From NCBI GenBank assembly GCA_951406725.2, contig OX597818.1, positions 115,444,001 to 115,508,000 on the forward strand: 64,000 bases of DNA, given 5' to 3'. This stretch comes from Octopus vulgaris (Eukaryota). Shown here piece after piece: positions 12,243-24,545 of this stretch (positions are counted from its first letter, which is position 1; each line of letters begins with the position of its first letter). A model generated the notes under the pieces. The model saw only the letters and a program-made list of their open reading frames with translations, had not been told where the DNA came from and did not search any database. The translations under genes were made by a program, and so were the position numbers.

Positions 12243-12379
12243 CTGTTTGGCAATAGACTTGCTGTCGACTTTGTTGTAAATTTTCCTGATTTTTGTTATC
12301 GTCATTTGAGATAAAGCATGTGCATGCACACCGAACATGACTTTCTCTTCTGCAACCAAGGAGGGCAGTACTTCGCCTC
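12243..12379 (-). CDS. WDFY3: WDFY3 exon 20 (GEVLPSLVAEEKV...KIYNKVDSKSIAKQ)
   Basis: GAATAG/GTAAAG, phase 1/0, 137 nt. Confidence 0.91.
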
Positions 12380-13291
12380 CTATTCAAAAACAAGACAATT
12401 GGGGTTTTAGAAACAAAAAGCAAAAGGAAAAGAAATATAAATTAGAAAAAATTAATGAAGCAGACTTAAGATGAAATCCTCACTAGTAAAGATCATATAT
12501 TATGATTCAGACACAGTGAGTTAATGGCTACATTAGCAAAGGCTACCTGCATGGGAGCCAGTCCAGCAGCACTGGCAATGACCACGCTCAAATGTTGCTT
12601 AGTAATTTTATTTCTATCCTTCCATCAAGTCTAAGAGGCAATGGTCTAAAATATAGATATTTGAAATAAATTTCATCTATTCAATAAATGCATGTATACA
12701 CATAAGTAAGTATGCATGCTCATATATATGCATGTATGTATAAAAAAGGCAATCTTTATATCCAACACAGATGTTGTGTTAGAACACAGACACATTGTGT
12801 ATAAAAGCACTCGTATTTATATTGTTGACAGATGAGAATCATTTGTTACGGCCATCAGAACTGCCAAATCACCTGATTTCACCCTGCTTGCGCTCCTCAG
12901 TGGTAAGCATCAAGCAGTGACATAACAACTGAATCTCCCTGTCAACAATATATAGAATTTCAGTGACTATTCAGGCAGTGATGTCACAATTGGCCAGTGG
13001 ACTTACTAGAAATTAGTGACAAAAACAGTAGTAATACTAAATGGCAATCCGTATATCCAACTTAACATGGTTGTTGTGTTAGAACACAAAATACTGCATT
13101 ATTCAACTTGAGAGGACAGCATAAAAATCACTTTATATCGTTGACATATATGTATGTATATATGTATGCATATATCTAGTTTGTATAAATACATATACGT
13201 ATGTGATATGTATGTATGTATAAATGCATGTATGCTTCAAAGCAAAAGAGCTGAAGATATGAAATGGGATGTGTTGATTAAACTGAAATAC

Positions 13292-13520
13292 CTAAGACAG
13301 GAGATTGGAAGCTTCCTACATATACTGGTCCAAATTGGTACATGGTATGCACTGTGTTAGTGGACACGATATCTTCAAACAGGTAGCATGGACCTTGCTT
13401 CCAGGTCAACTGGGACTGCCGACGAAGCTGTGGAGGAGTTCCAATATAAGCAAAAACTGTTGTAAAAGCAGTTGGGCTGGCAGTACCTCCAGCACCTAAG
13501 TTGGGAGACACGTAGTGGAG
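13292..13520 (-). CDS. WDFY3: WDFY3 exon 19 (LHYVSP...AYIGTPP...YVGSFQSPVL)
   Basis: TTTCAG/GTATTT, phase 0/1, 229 nt. Confidence 0.92.
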
Positions 13521-13916
13521 CTGAAATGAAAAAAGAAGAAAATAACCATGAGAAATTATTACTGAAACAGAATGAGAATTATCACTTCCACATCTCCATC
13601 TCATTAATTTAGCAGAGAATATTGTTTTAAAAACTCTTTGAGGAATACAGGTGGTAAGTTGGTAAAACAAAGAGAGGTACACACACAGTTATATATGAAA
13701 GGCTTCTTTCAGTTTCCATCCCATAAACCCACTCACAAGGCTTTGGTTGGCTTAAGAGATTAATCAAGAATTCAATAAAAAGAGGGACACCAAGACAGAG
13801 TAATACAAAGAGATTAAGAGTCAGATATGAAACAAATTAACAAGAGACACAGTTGAACATACACCAAAGTTCATTAAAGAAACAGTAAGATTGTGAAAGT
13901 GAAAGTAGAAACTAAC

Positions 13917-14098
13917 CTTTTGTGTGTTGACATGGTGGCTGTCCAGGAAAAGGCTTACACTGCTATTTTTCATGATACCAGCTCGATGAAAAATCAATAC
14001 CAAATGATGCCATTGTCCTTCTTGTGTGAGATCAGGACACCAAAACCTGACAGTGTTGTCGCCAAGGACAGGCTCTTCCTCTTCATCACAGCCAGTCA
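13917..14098 (-). CDS. WDFY3: WDFY3 exon 18 (TGCDEEEEP...EGQWHHLVL...NTQK), ConA-like region
   Basis: TTTCAG/GTTAGT, phase 1/0, 182 nt. Confidence 0.92.
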
Positions 14099-15029
14099 CT
14101 GAAAAGAGAATATCATATACATCATAATCATCCTCATCCATTTTCAATATTGGCATCAGTGAGACAATTTGACATAATTCAACCCAATATCAACATGCTA
14201 TTATTTATAGCTTTGTGCTTCAAGATCCACTGTTCCAAAAACACAATTATTTCACATTCTCTTGTAAGTTTATAAATTCTTATGGCAACAACAACAACAA
14301 GGATAATGGTTTTGTTTTATTAATTACATTTCCTGTCATAATTACAGGGCCATAGATTTTGTGTGTAGAGGCTCACTTGATAGGTATTTATTTTACATGG
14401 CCCCAGAAACATGTAAGGTAAAGTCAAATTTGGCCAGAGTTTGAACTCAGAACGTAATCATCATCATCATCATTATCATTTAATGTCCGCTTTCCATGCT
14501 AGCATGGATTGGACGATTTTGACTGAGGGCTGGCGAACCAGATGGCTGCACCAGGCTCCAATCTTGATTTGGCAGAGTTTCTACAGCTGGATGCCCTTCC
14601 TAACGCATAATGAGATGTAAAAATATTCAACCAATTCTGCCAACTGATGCTCCACAATGATCATTGCAATGTAATTAGTCTCCATTAGCTTTGATAATTA
14701 GCATCAGTCGTTTGGTCAACTGGAATCTTTGCTCTTTGAATTAGCATGTAAATGGCTGAATATTCCACAAACACATGTATTGCTGATGTAATTCTCAGCT
14801 ACAATCAGTATAATGTAAAGTGATAAGACTGTACTTTTGAGTTATAGATATATTCCATCCAAAAGGCTCCACACAGTTTTCATTAACCCCAATTCATTCA
14901 CAAGATTCAGGTCTACCCATATCTAAGATAGAAGACACTCGCCCATTGGTAGTGGGACAGAACCTGAGATTTCATGGTTCTGACACAAACATCTTGACCA
15001 TTTAGCCTCATGTCCATGACAATGAGGTG

Positions 15030-15318
15030 ATAATAATAATGATATTAATTGCAATGATGAGGATGACAATGATGAAGATAATGAAGATGAAGATGATGAC
15101 AATGAAGATGATGACGACGATGATGAATATGACGGTGATGACGAAAATCACGATGATGATGATGACCATGACAAAAACGATGATGATGATGATGACAATG
15201 ATGATTAAAAATCAGGACGATGATGATGAAGAAGATGAAGCTGAAGATAATGATGATGATAATGATGATGATAATGATACTGAAGATGATGATGACATTG
15301 ATGATAGTAACGATGATA
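15030..15318. repeat. Degenerate (GAT)n microsatellite
   Basis: Seen directly. Confidence 0.9.
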
Positions 15319-15410
15319 CTCCATTTGTTTCGGTTAGTCTTCCATTCAGTTTCCTTCCCACAAAACAAAATAAACATCACCTGAGATAGAAGAAGGTAGA
15401 CTAGACTTAC

Positions 15411-15632
15411 CTGTAGTCGGCATACCCGTTTCTTGTGTTGACACGACAAGAGAGCGATCTTTTGCCATCAAGGTGACACTGAGACAGATGAGATTTTCAT
15501 CGCGACCCTGAAGGTTGCGGACAACAGTCAGCAAGCGTACAGGATGTAAATCCATGTCAGGGCTGCTGAATTTGTCCACACAGAACCACGTCGAGTAAGT
15601 TAACCCCGATTGTGGAGGAAACATTCTCTCAC
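15411..15632 (-). CDS. WDFY3: WDFY3 exon 17 (GERMFPPQSGLTYSTWFC...DRSLVVSTQETGMPTT)
   Basis: GATTAG/GTAAGT, phase 1/1, 222 nt. Confidence 0.92.
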
Positions 15633-15767
15633 CTAATCAAAATCAAAAGAAATAACAGTGTTATAGGATGTGTATAAATATATATATATATATACACACA
15701 CACGTAAACATACATACACACACTTTTGTAGAAACACAAACATATATATACTGTACAAACATATGTT

Positions 15768-16030
15768 CAGTTTAACAGTGAACTAAAATTACTGTGAATA
15801 CAACACAAACAGTTTAACAGTGAACCAAAATTCAGTTGAACAGTGAATCAAAATTCAGTTGAACAATGAACCAAAATTCAGTTGAACAGTGAACCAAAAT
15901 TCAGTTTAACAGTGAACCAAAATTCAGTTGAACAGTGAACCAAAATTCAGTTTAACAGTGAACCAAAATTACTGTGAACACAATACAAACAGTTTAACAG
16001 TGAACCAAAATTACTGTGACTACAACACAA
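15768..16030. repeat. 23-bp minisatellite cagttgaacagtgaaccaaaatt
   Basis: Tandem copies seen directly. Confidence 0.9.
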
Positions 16031-16083
16031 AAAGGGACAAGAAGTCCACCAAAATAAAAAGGATGGTAAATATTCTCTCTCAC

Positions 16084-16493
16084 CTGTTCCAACACCACCA
16101 ATAACTACAGGATCCGATGAGCCAACTACTCCACCAACGACAGACGGAGCAGGTGGCCCCTGGGGAGCAATACTTGGTAAATAAAGGCATCCGAACCCTT
16201 CAGTGCTCATATCGAATTCGACAAATGCTGGTGTCACAGATGAACCATGCATGCGAGCATCTCGAGGGGTCGTCATAGAAACAAGACATTTAACACGAGT
16301 CAGAGGTACCGGCCCCCCAGCAGTTTTCAGCTTGTCTTCAATTTCATAAGGTGTGCGTTTTTCCTCTAGGCTATGGCCTCGGCTCAGCTCACAACCATTA
16401 TGCATGTGGCTGCACACAAATCCATTGCGGTAACCATCGTAGAGGTCATCTACTGACCGACAGTTCAGTGGTGAGCCTAATCGAAGAAAGTCC
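16084..16493 (-). CDS. WDFY3: WDFY3 exon 16 (DFLRLGSPLNC...VPLTRVKCLVSMTTP...GGVGT)
   Basis: TTGCAG/GTGAGA, phase 2/1, 410 nt. Confidence 0.94.
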
Positions 16494-16554
16494 CTGCAAA
16501 AGAAAATTAAATAAACAGAATTACATGATGAAAGAAACAGCACTAATGAAATAC

Positions 16555-16734
16555 AGTTCTATGTTTAAGGGATGAGGAATTATGTACATTATTTACATTA
16601 TTTACATTTGACAGATATTTGTCCTCATCTTGTTTGTTGTTAGCATGTTTCAGCTGATACACCCACCACCAGCCTTCATCAGGTGTCTTGGGGAAATTTC
16701 AAACCTGGGTTCTCATTCCTAAGGTATTTTTCGA

Positions 16735-16780
<46 letters not shown>

Positions 16781-17060
16781 TTCTATATTTAAGAGATGAG
16801 GAATTACGTACATTATTTACATTTTATGGATATTTGTCCTCAACTTGTTTGTTGTTAACACAATGTTTTGGCTGATATACCCCCCGTCCTTCATCAGATG
16901 TCTTGGGAGAAATTTAAAACCTGGGTTCTCATTTCTAATGTATTTTTTGATGTTGTTGTTGTTATTATTATTATCATCATCATCAGGTCACTGCCTGGAA
17001 TCGAACTCGGAATCTTGGGTTAGTAGCCCCGCGCTCTTAACCACTACGCCAGATGCCCGT
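16555..17060 (-). mobile_element. H1 element (tRNA head + (AAT)n + hammerhead-bearing tail): partial tandem of two units
   Basis: Two copies of the tail (16555-16780, 16778-17060); A box TGGCGTAGTGG (17041-17051) and B box GAGTTCGATTC (16998-17008) on minus strand. Confidence 0.8.
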
Positions 17061-18181
17061 TTAAAATTTGAATGTCGAATGGATTATGAAAGCAAAGTGA
17101 AGACAAGGTTTATACTAACCAAACAAGGAAGGAAAAAAGAGAAAAAAAAAGAACAGAAGAAAAGAAGGAAGGAGACAAATAAATACTCAGGAGGATTTCT
17201 ACTGAGACAATAGACATATTAACAATAAATAACAAGGAGGAACAATAAATTATAAGAAAGACTGGAAGAATTGTTCACAGGATTAATGGAATATTCTAAC
17301 CTCTTTCATGACAATATTTCTAACAAAATACATTGTCTATGTTTCAATTAACGTAGACAACAATCAATAGGTGAAGATAAATTAGTAAGATAACCAACTT
17401 TATTATTAAGCTGGTGCACAGAACATAGATTATTCTAGCATAAAATTACAGTAGAAGATTTTAATTTAACCCTTTTAATATCAAATCACCTAAAAGCACT
17501 ACTAGTTCATCATCCTCATCATCGTTTAACGTCCGCTTTCCATGCTAGCATGGGTTGGATGATTTTGACTGAGGGTTGGTGAACCAGATGGCTGCACCAG
17601 GCTCCAATCTGATCTGGCAGAGTTTCTACAGCTGGATACCCTTCCTAACACCAACCACTCCGAGAGTGTAGTGGGTGCTTTTACGTACAACCTGCATGAG
17701 GGCCAGTCAGGCGGTACTGGCAACGGCCACTCTCAAATGGTGCTTTTTATGTGCCACCAACATAAGTGCCAGTAAGGCAACGCAGGTACCAATCATGCTT
17801 GAATGGTGTTTTTTACATGCCACTGGCATGGAGGCCAGCTTGTTGCTCTGGCAACAATCAGGCTCGTATGGTACTCTGCTTTGCCATGAGATATGCTAAA
17901 ACCTTCCAACAAAATTCCATGTTAATTTATGTTCCAAACATAAATTAACATGTCATTATAATGTTAATTTATGCCATTATCAAACATAAATTGTTTGATA
18001 ATGACAGAGTTACTCTAATAAATTCTTCATTGTCTTTAAAATTAATCAAAACAAAGGTGATGTATTTCAATAAGGTAAGAAAAGGGGTAAAATAATGAAC
18101 CCTTTAAAAAGAAACGCTTTGTATCATATAACCAGCTGTCGTGTTTTGAATGGGTTCGTATTGAAAGAGTACAAGACTTAC

Positions 18182-18396
18182 TTGAGATCCTTAGGTGTCA
18201 GTGCTTGGGCAGCGAGACGTTCATACATGTACTGAAGTGGGGGATGCAGTGAGTGGGATTCATCAGCAAGGGCCACATTGCCATGGTTCAATAGTTCATG
18301 GGGGAAGCCAACGTCACACATGATTTGTTGGTTGCGTTCAGTTCGCATCACAGACTTAAGGAGTTCAGCGGTGTACGTTTGTAATTCTAGGGCTTG
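18182..18396 (-). CDS. WDFY3: WDFY3 exon 15 (QALELQ...TERNQQIMC...HSLHPPLQYMYERLA...DL)
   Basis: TTGCAG/GTAAGT, phase 0/2, 215 nt. Confidence 0.93.
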
Positions 18397-18449
18397 CTGC
18401 AAAACAGGAGAGGCATAGAAAATGTTGTAGATAATGACATAGCATAGTA

Positions 18450-19269
18450 TAGGGGTGGGCAATTGTTGTGGCTCAGGGTCCACTTTGAGAGGGGCATAGT
18501 TTACAAAGGGCTGCATCTTCTATAACTGATTGTATTCATTACTTAACACTACATTTTATTGCAAAGTGCAAATAACATAACAATAATCTATAATATAAAT
18601 TGGAGATGGGCAATCATTGTATTCTTTCTTGTCTTGATGTTCACAGCCAAATGGCTGGGTGGATTCGCATGAAAAATGGCACACATGTGGAGACGGGTGC
18701 ATAGATTGGAATGCGGTTTGTATTTTTTCCCTAACTCCCATACTTACCGAGAAAATTGATAAAAACTTTTTCAAATGGAATTCCCCTCTTTCTTCCGCCA
18801 TTAAAACAACTAGTTGCTTTGAAGCTGTTTTCTGATGGGGTGGGGTCAGGAAATTTTCATACAGCTGGAGGCTCTAATCGAAACAGGGGACCCGAAATGA
18901 TAAGGTTGACAAATGCTGTAATAGATTATGCCTAACCGAAAACGATCACAGCCACATCATCGAAACAGACCGGATGAAACCGGGCTTAGCTGCGAGTAAT
19001 AAATAAATAAAACTAAAACAATAGTGGTACACAGAAACAGTTTCATTAAATTTATTTATGTGCAAGTTACACATCAGCGAGCATGAGTAATTTGATGAGA
19101 CAAATGTAACCTGTCATGCTTATTTACAATTCTTTTGGAATCAGGAGAGAGATTGCTTGTTGAGATCCTCATCACTCCTAACATTTTTTTAGCTGAATGT
19201 TTCCATGGGTCGCAGAAAACTCTGTGGCAGGCCACATGAGGCCCGTGGGCCATAAATTGCCCACCCCTG
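18450..19269. mobile_element. hAT-type non-autonomous DNA transposon
   Basis: TIR (t)aggggtgggcaa / ttgcccacccctg; 8-bp TSD gcatagta/tcatagta. Confidence 0.75.
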
Positions 19270-19793
19270 TCATAGTAGATTAAAAACAGAAACAGACATA
19301 GCTAACATGACCTCGGTGGGATTTGAACTCAAAACATAAAGAGCCATAACAAAATACCACAAGGCATTGTGTGTGAATTGAGAAATTTCCTTTTGCTCCC
19401 CCACAACCCTTCTTCTTGACCTTGGGACTGAAGTTAGAACCATCACCATCATTTGACGTCTGCTTTCTATGCTGGCATGAGTCAGACGGTTTGACAGGGG
19501 CTGGCAAGGCCAGGAGCCACACCAAGCTCCAGTCATCTGATTTGGCTTGGTTTCTGCAGCTGGATGCCAACCGCTTTACACTGTGTAATGGGTGCTTTTT
19601 TACATGGCACCAGCACCAGTGCATTTTGGGCATTAGCCCGAAGCTATAATAGAAGGCACATGCCCAAGGTGCCACACACTGGGACTGAACCTGGAACCAT
19701 GTGGTTGGGAAGCAAGCTTCTTACCACACAGCCACAACCACGCCTATGTGTACTACGTGGAAGGAGAAAAATGAAAAATCATGACATTTTTAC

Positions 19794-19998
19794 CTTTGAA
19801 TTAGCACTATAATCAATAGCTGGTAGGAGATGAAAGATGGACATAATAGCACCTGGGTGCACAATAATTTGATCTTGGGAACCTGACAGGTAAAGCTTGA
19901 TACTATCTGTACTGGATTTCTTCACTAAAGAGTATGGACCTTCTGTCCGAAATGAAATATTCCGCTTGAGTGTGGAGTAGCTGCCAGCAGCTGGAGGC
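19794..19998 (-). CDS. WDFY3: WDFY3 exon 14 (PPAAGSYSTLKR...IIVHPGAI...SANSK)
   Basis: TTTTAG/GTAAAA, phase 2/0, 205 nt. Confidence 0.88.
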
Positions 19999-20439
19999 CT
20001 AAAAGGAAACCAAGAGGAAAATCTTAGCCAAAACAATAAAAACAACAACAACAACTTAACAAAAGTTTCCAGGTTATTTCAAAAATTAAAATTTTGCCAA
20101 ACGTTTTTCTTTGATGCGCTTCTTGTAATTTTACTAATATGAAACTGCAAAAAATTTTCTCACCAATTGTAAATAGCAAAATGTGGTACAGAATCAACAA
20201 CTATGTTTATGATGTTACACGCACACATACACACATATATATATATTATCATTTTAATGGTCACTTTCCCATGCTCACTTGAACCACACACAATTTTTAA
20301 GGATGATTTTCTAAGGCTAGATGCCCTTCTTATATCTAATTCTCACCTGTTTCCAAGTAAGGTAATGCTTGGCATAGCTAGAAATGATTTCATGGCAGAT
20401 TGAACACAAAAGACACTGCTTATATGACAGTGACACTTG

Positions 20440-21240
20440 TTTACAACTAGAGACAGAGACACTAAGACACACACAGGACAATAAGAGACACACAAGACAA
20501 TAAGAGACACACACAAAACACTATGACATACACAGGACACTATGACACACACAATACACTAAGACACACACAGGACACTATGACACACACACAGGACACT
20601 ATGACATACATAGGACACTATGACACACATAGGACACTATGACACACACAAAACACTATGACATACACAAAACACTATGACATACACAAAACACTATGAC
20701 ACACACACAAGACACTAATGACACACAAGATACTATGACATACACAGGACACTATGACACACATAGGACACTATGACACACACAGGACACTATGACACAC
20801 ACAGGACACTAAGACACACACAGGGCACTATGACATACATAGGACACTGACACTACGACACACAAAACACTATGACATACACAAAACACTATGACATACA
20901 CAGGACACTAAGACACACAGAGGACACAATGACACACAAGATACTATGACATACACAGGACACTATGACATACACAGGACACTATGACATATACAGGACA
21001 CTATGACATACACAGGACACTATGACACACATAAGACACTATGACACACACAAGACACTATGATACACACACAGGACACTAAGACACATACACAGGACAC
21101 TATGACACACATAGGACACTATGACACACAAAACACTATGACATACACAAAACACTATGATACACACACAAGACACTAAGACACACATAGGACAATAAGA
21201 GACACACAAGACACTATGACACATACAAGACACTAAGACA
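20440..21240. repeat. About 19-21-bp minisatellite ggacactatgacacacaca
   Basis: About 800 bp of tandem copies. Confidence 0.9.
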
Positions 21241-21712
21241 GAGTCTATGATCTTTGGAAGCTCTCCGGATGTGTGAGAGTGATGCCACCCATGTCTAGCC
21301 TGAACATCAACAGGTCAGACTAGAGAAAAAGAAAAAAAAAAACGACAGGCAAGAAGTGAACTCTAAAGATTTGAATTCCAGGCAGAAAAAGGAGAGGGTA
21401 AGTAAGGAAAGTGGTGATTGTGTGATGTAAAAAATGAGACACAGAAAGAATGGCAGAAGAAGGAAGAGGTGGAGGTGAAACAGGTAGGTCATCAACTTCA
21501 TTTGCTTTGAGATGCAATGCACTAATGGGTGAATACTTGTGCATCACCCTGCAGCTTCATCAGAGCTTCAAACATAATGTGCATTAAAATTGCACTCCAA
21601 ATTTGAGGCTCTGACGAAGTCATAGAGTAATTCTCAAACATTCAACTATGAGTGCATTGCATCTTATAGCAAAAACAGCTGTAAGCTTATGAAGTTCACA
21701 ACATAATTTCTT

Positions 21713-22203
21713 TTCTATATTTAAGAGATGAGGAATTATTTACGTTATTTACATTTGACGGATATTTGTCCTCATCTTGTTTGTTGTTAACATAAAGTTT
21801 CAGCTGATATACTCTCCAGTCTTCATCATGTGTCTTGGATTAATTTTGAACCTGGGTTCTCATTCCTAAGGTATTTTTTGATGTTATTATAGTTATTTAC
21901 TGCCTGGGATCGAACTCGGAATCATGGGGTTAGTAGCCCACGCTCTTAACCACTATACCATATGCTCGTGGGTTAAGAGCGCGGGCTACTAACCCCAAGA
22001 TTCCGAGTTCGATTCCAGGTAGTGACCTGAATAATAATAATAATAATAATAACAACAACATCAAAAAATACCTTAGGAATGAGAATCCAGGTTCGAAATT
22101 TTCCCAAGACACCTGATGAAGGCTGGAGGGTATATCAGGCAAAAACGTTGTGTTAACAACAAACAAGATGAGGACAAATATCCGTCGAATGTAAATAATG
22201 TTT
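21713..22203. mobile_element. H1 element, head-to-head palindromic pair
   Basis: Minus copy 21713-21968 followed directly by plus copy 21971-22203. Confidence 0.85.
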
Positions 22204-23884
22204 AATTTCTTTTCTTTTGTCATTTTAATTTCTTATTACGCTCCATACTCAAGTTAATACTTTATTCTGAAGCATACGTATATTGATTTTTAACACCAGG
22301 TTATTAGTATCTTTATGCCTAACCAAAATGATGAAATATCAGCATCGTCATCATCATCGTCATTTCGCTTCCGCTTTCTATGCTGGCATGGGTTGGATGG
22401 TTTGACCAAGGACTGGCAAGCCAGAAGGCTGCACCAGGCTCGAAACCGATCTGGCAAAGTTTCTACAGGTGGATGCCCTTCGTAATGCCAACCACTCTGA
22501 CAGTGATGTGGGTACTTTTTACGAGCCACTGATTCAAGGGCCAATAAAGCAGTACTGGTATCGACAATGCTTGAATGGTGCTTTTTACGTCCCACCACCA
22601 CGGGAGCCAGTCAGGTGGCACTGGCAATGACCATGCTCGAATGGTGCTTTTTACATGTGTGTGTGTGTGTGTGTATTTTTGTATCCACATTTCCTTGTTT
22701 ATGACAGAAGTAAGGTTTAATATTTATTTCAGCTGTATTATTCCAATGATCCTTACAAGGAAGGAATTTTCTCAATAATAGTAAAAACATCATAATCTTT
22801 TAACACGGGGGAATTAGGCCACTTTTCCTTTCGTTTCTTCTTTTTTCTTCCTCTTCATCGTCTCTACTACTACTACTGCTGCTACTACTTAAAAAGGAGA
22901 GGAATATAGTAGATAAATTAAATGTTGGTAAATAACTTGTGCTCTTCTTAGACATGGAATGTTGAATAACTAAGTGGATTCAAACAGGAAATAAGCTTAG
23001 AAAGGCAGCGACACCACCAACACCACCACCAGTGGCAGTCGTGGTGGTGGTGGTGGTGGTTGTGGTGGTGGAGTGTTGTAAGTGGGTTGTGGTGGTGTGG
23101 GTAGATTGTGGAGGTTTTGTGGGTGGGTGGGTGGCGGCAGCAATAGCAGTGGTGGAGGAGGGAAAAATAAAACCAACCACAGGAGCACAGCAAGATCAAC
23201 AACAACAACAAAAATTACCCTCCATACAATGTTTTTAACTGAAGATCACATTAATCCTATTCACTAAAATTGATTTCAAATTTTGGCACAAGGCCAGCAA
23301 TTTTAGGGGGATTGGGTAAGTCGATTACATCAACCCCCAGTGTGTAACTGGTTCTTATTTTATGCCCTCCCCCCACCAAGAAAATGGAAAGCAAAGTCGG
23401 CCTCAGTGGAATTTGAACTCAGAACAAAAAGATGGATGAAATGCCACTAAGCATTTTGCCTGGGTGTTTTAACGGTTCCACCAGCTTGTTACCATCATTC
23501 TATTCGTTAATATTAAATAATGAGATAAGGTGGTGAGCCGGCAGAATTGTTACCATGTGGAGCATTTTGCCTAGCGGCATTTCGGGTGTCTTTACATACG
23601 AAGTTCAAATTCTACCAAGGTCGACTTTGCCTTTCATCTTTTCAGAGTCAATAAAATAAGTACCAGTTGAATACTGGGGATCAATGTAATTGACTTACTC
23701 TCTGCCCTGAAATTGCTGGCCTTGTGCCGAAATTTGAAACCATTGTTAACAAATATATTGTACAGTAGAACCTCGCAGTGTGACTGCACCATTGTAAGAG
23801 CCGAGACACATGTGAATTTTTGTCTTGAAGTAGAAACGGAAATCTGTAGTATGAGCACACAAATCATCTCATCTTTAAGGTAAT

Positions 23885-24545
23885 TCATCATCATCATCAT
23901 CGTTTAACATCCGGTTTCCATGCTGGCATGGGTTAGAATGTTTGACTGAGGACTGGCAAGACAGGAGGCTGCACCTGGCTCCAATCTGATCTGGCATGGT
24001 TTCTACAACTGGATGCCCTTCCTAATGCCAACCACTCTGAGAATGTAGTGGGTGCATTTTACGTGCCACCGGCATGGGAGCCAGTCAGGAGGCACTGGCA
24101 TTGACCACTCTCAAATGGTGCCTTTTACATGCCACCAGCACATGAGCCAGTCAGGTGGCACTGGTTTCAACCACGCTTCAATGGTGCTTTTTACATGCCA
24201 CCAGTACAGGAGCCAGTCAGGCAACACTAGCATCAACCACGCTTGAATGGTGCCTTTTACATGCCACTGACACAGGAGCAATTCAGGCGGCAATGGTATC
24301 AACCATGCTAGAATGGTTCCTTTTACAAGCCACCAGCACAAGAGCCAGTCAGGAGGCGCTGGCATCGACCAATCTCAAATGGTGCCTTTTACATACCACT
24401 AGCATGGAAGCCAGTCAGGCGGCACTGGCATCGACCATGCTTGAATGGTACTTTTTACATGCCACCCGGCACAAGTGCCAGTCAGGCAACACTGGCATCT
24501 GCCACAACTACTATTTCGCTTGACTCAACAAGTCTTCTCAAGCAC
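23885..24545. mobile_element. SINE family A copy with 7 tandem 66-bp internal subrepeats
   Basis: Units start at about 24052, 24118, 24184, 24250, 24316, 24382, 24448. Confidence 0.8.

Noticed and set aside
12740-13146. Diverged direct repeats (about 12745-12830 and 13040-13146) as LTRs
   Set aside because: Too degenerate, with no TSD, PBS or internal ORF; at most an old repeat remnant.
16984-17058. tRNA gene (also 21971-22027 and 39903-39959)
   Set aside because: Imperfect acceptor and T stems, and always attached to the H1 tail; a SINE head, not a tRNA gene.
18556-18801. 81-aa ORF inside the hAT-like element
   Set aside because: No clear transposase motif; treated as internal non-autonomous sequence.
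20440-21240. Regularly spaced repeats that might suggest a CRISPR-like array (also 15768-16030 and 24052-24510)
   Set aside because: No unique spacers, no cas genes, eukaryotic intron; these are ordinary tandem repeats.
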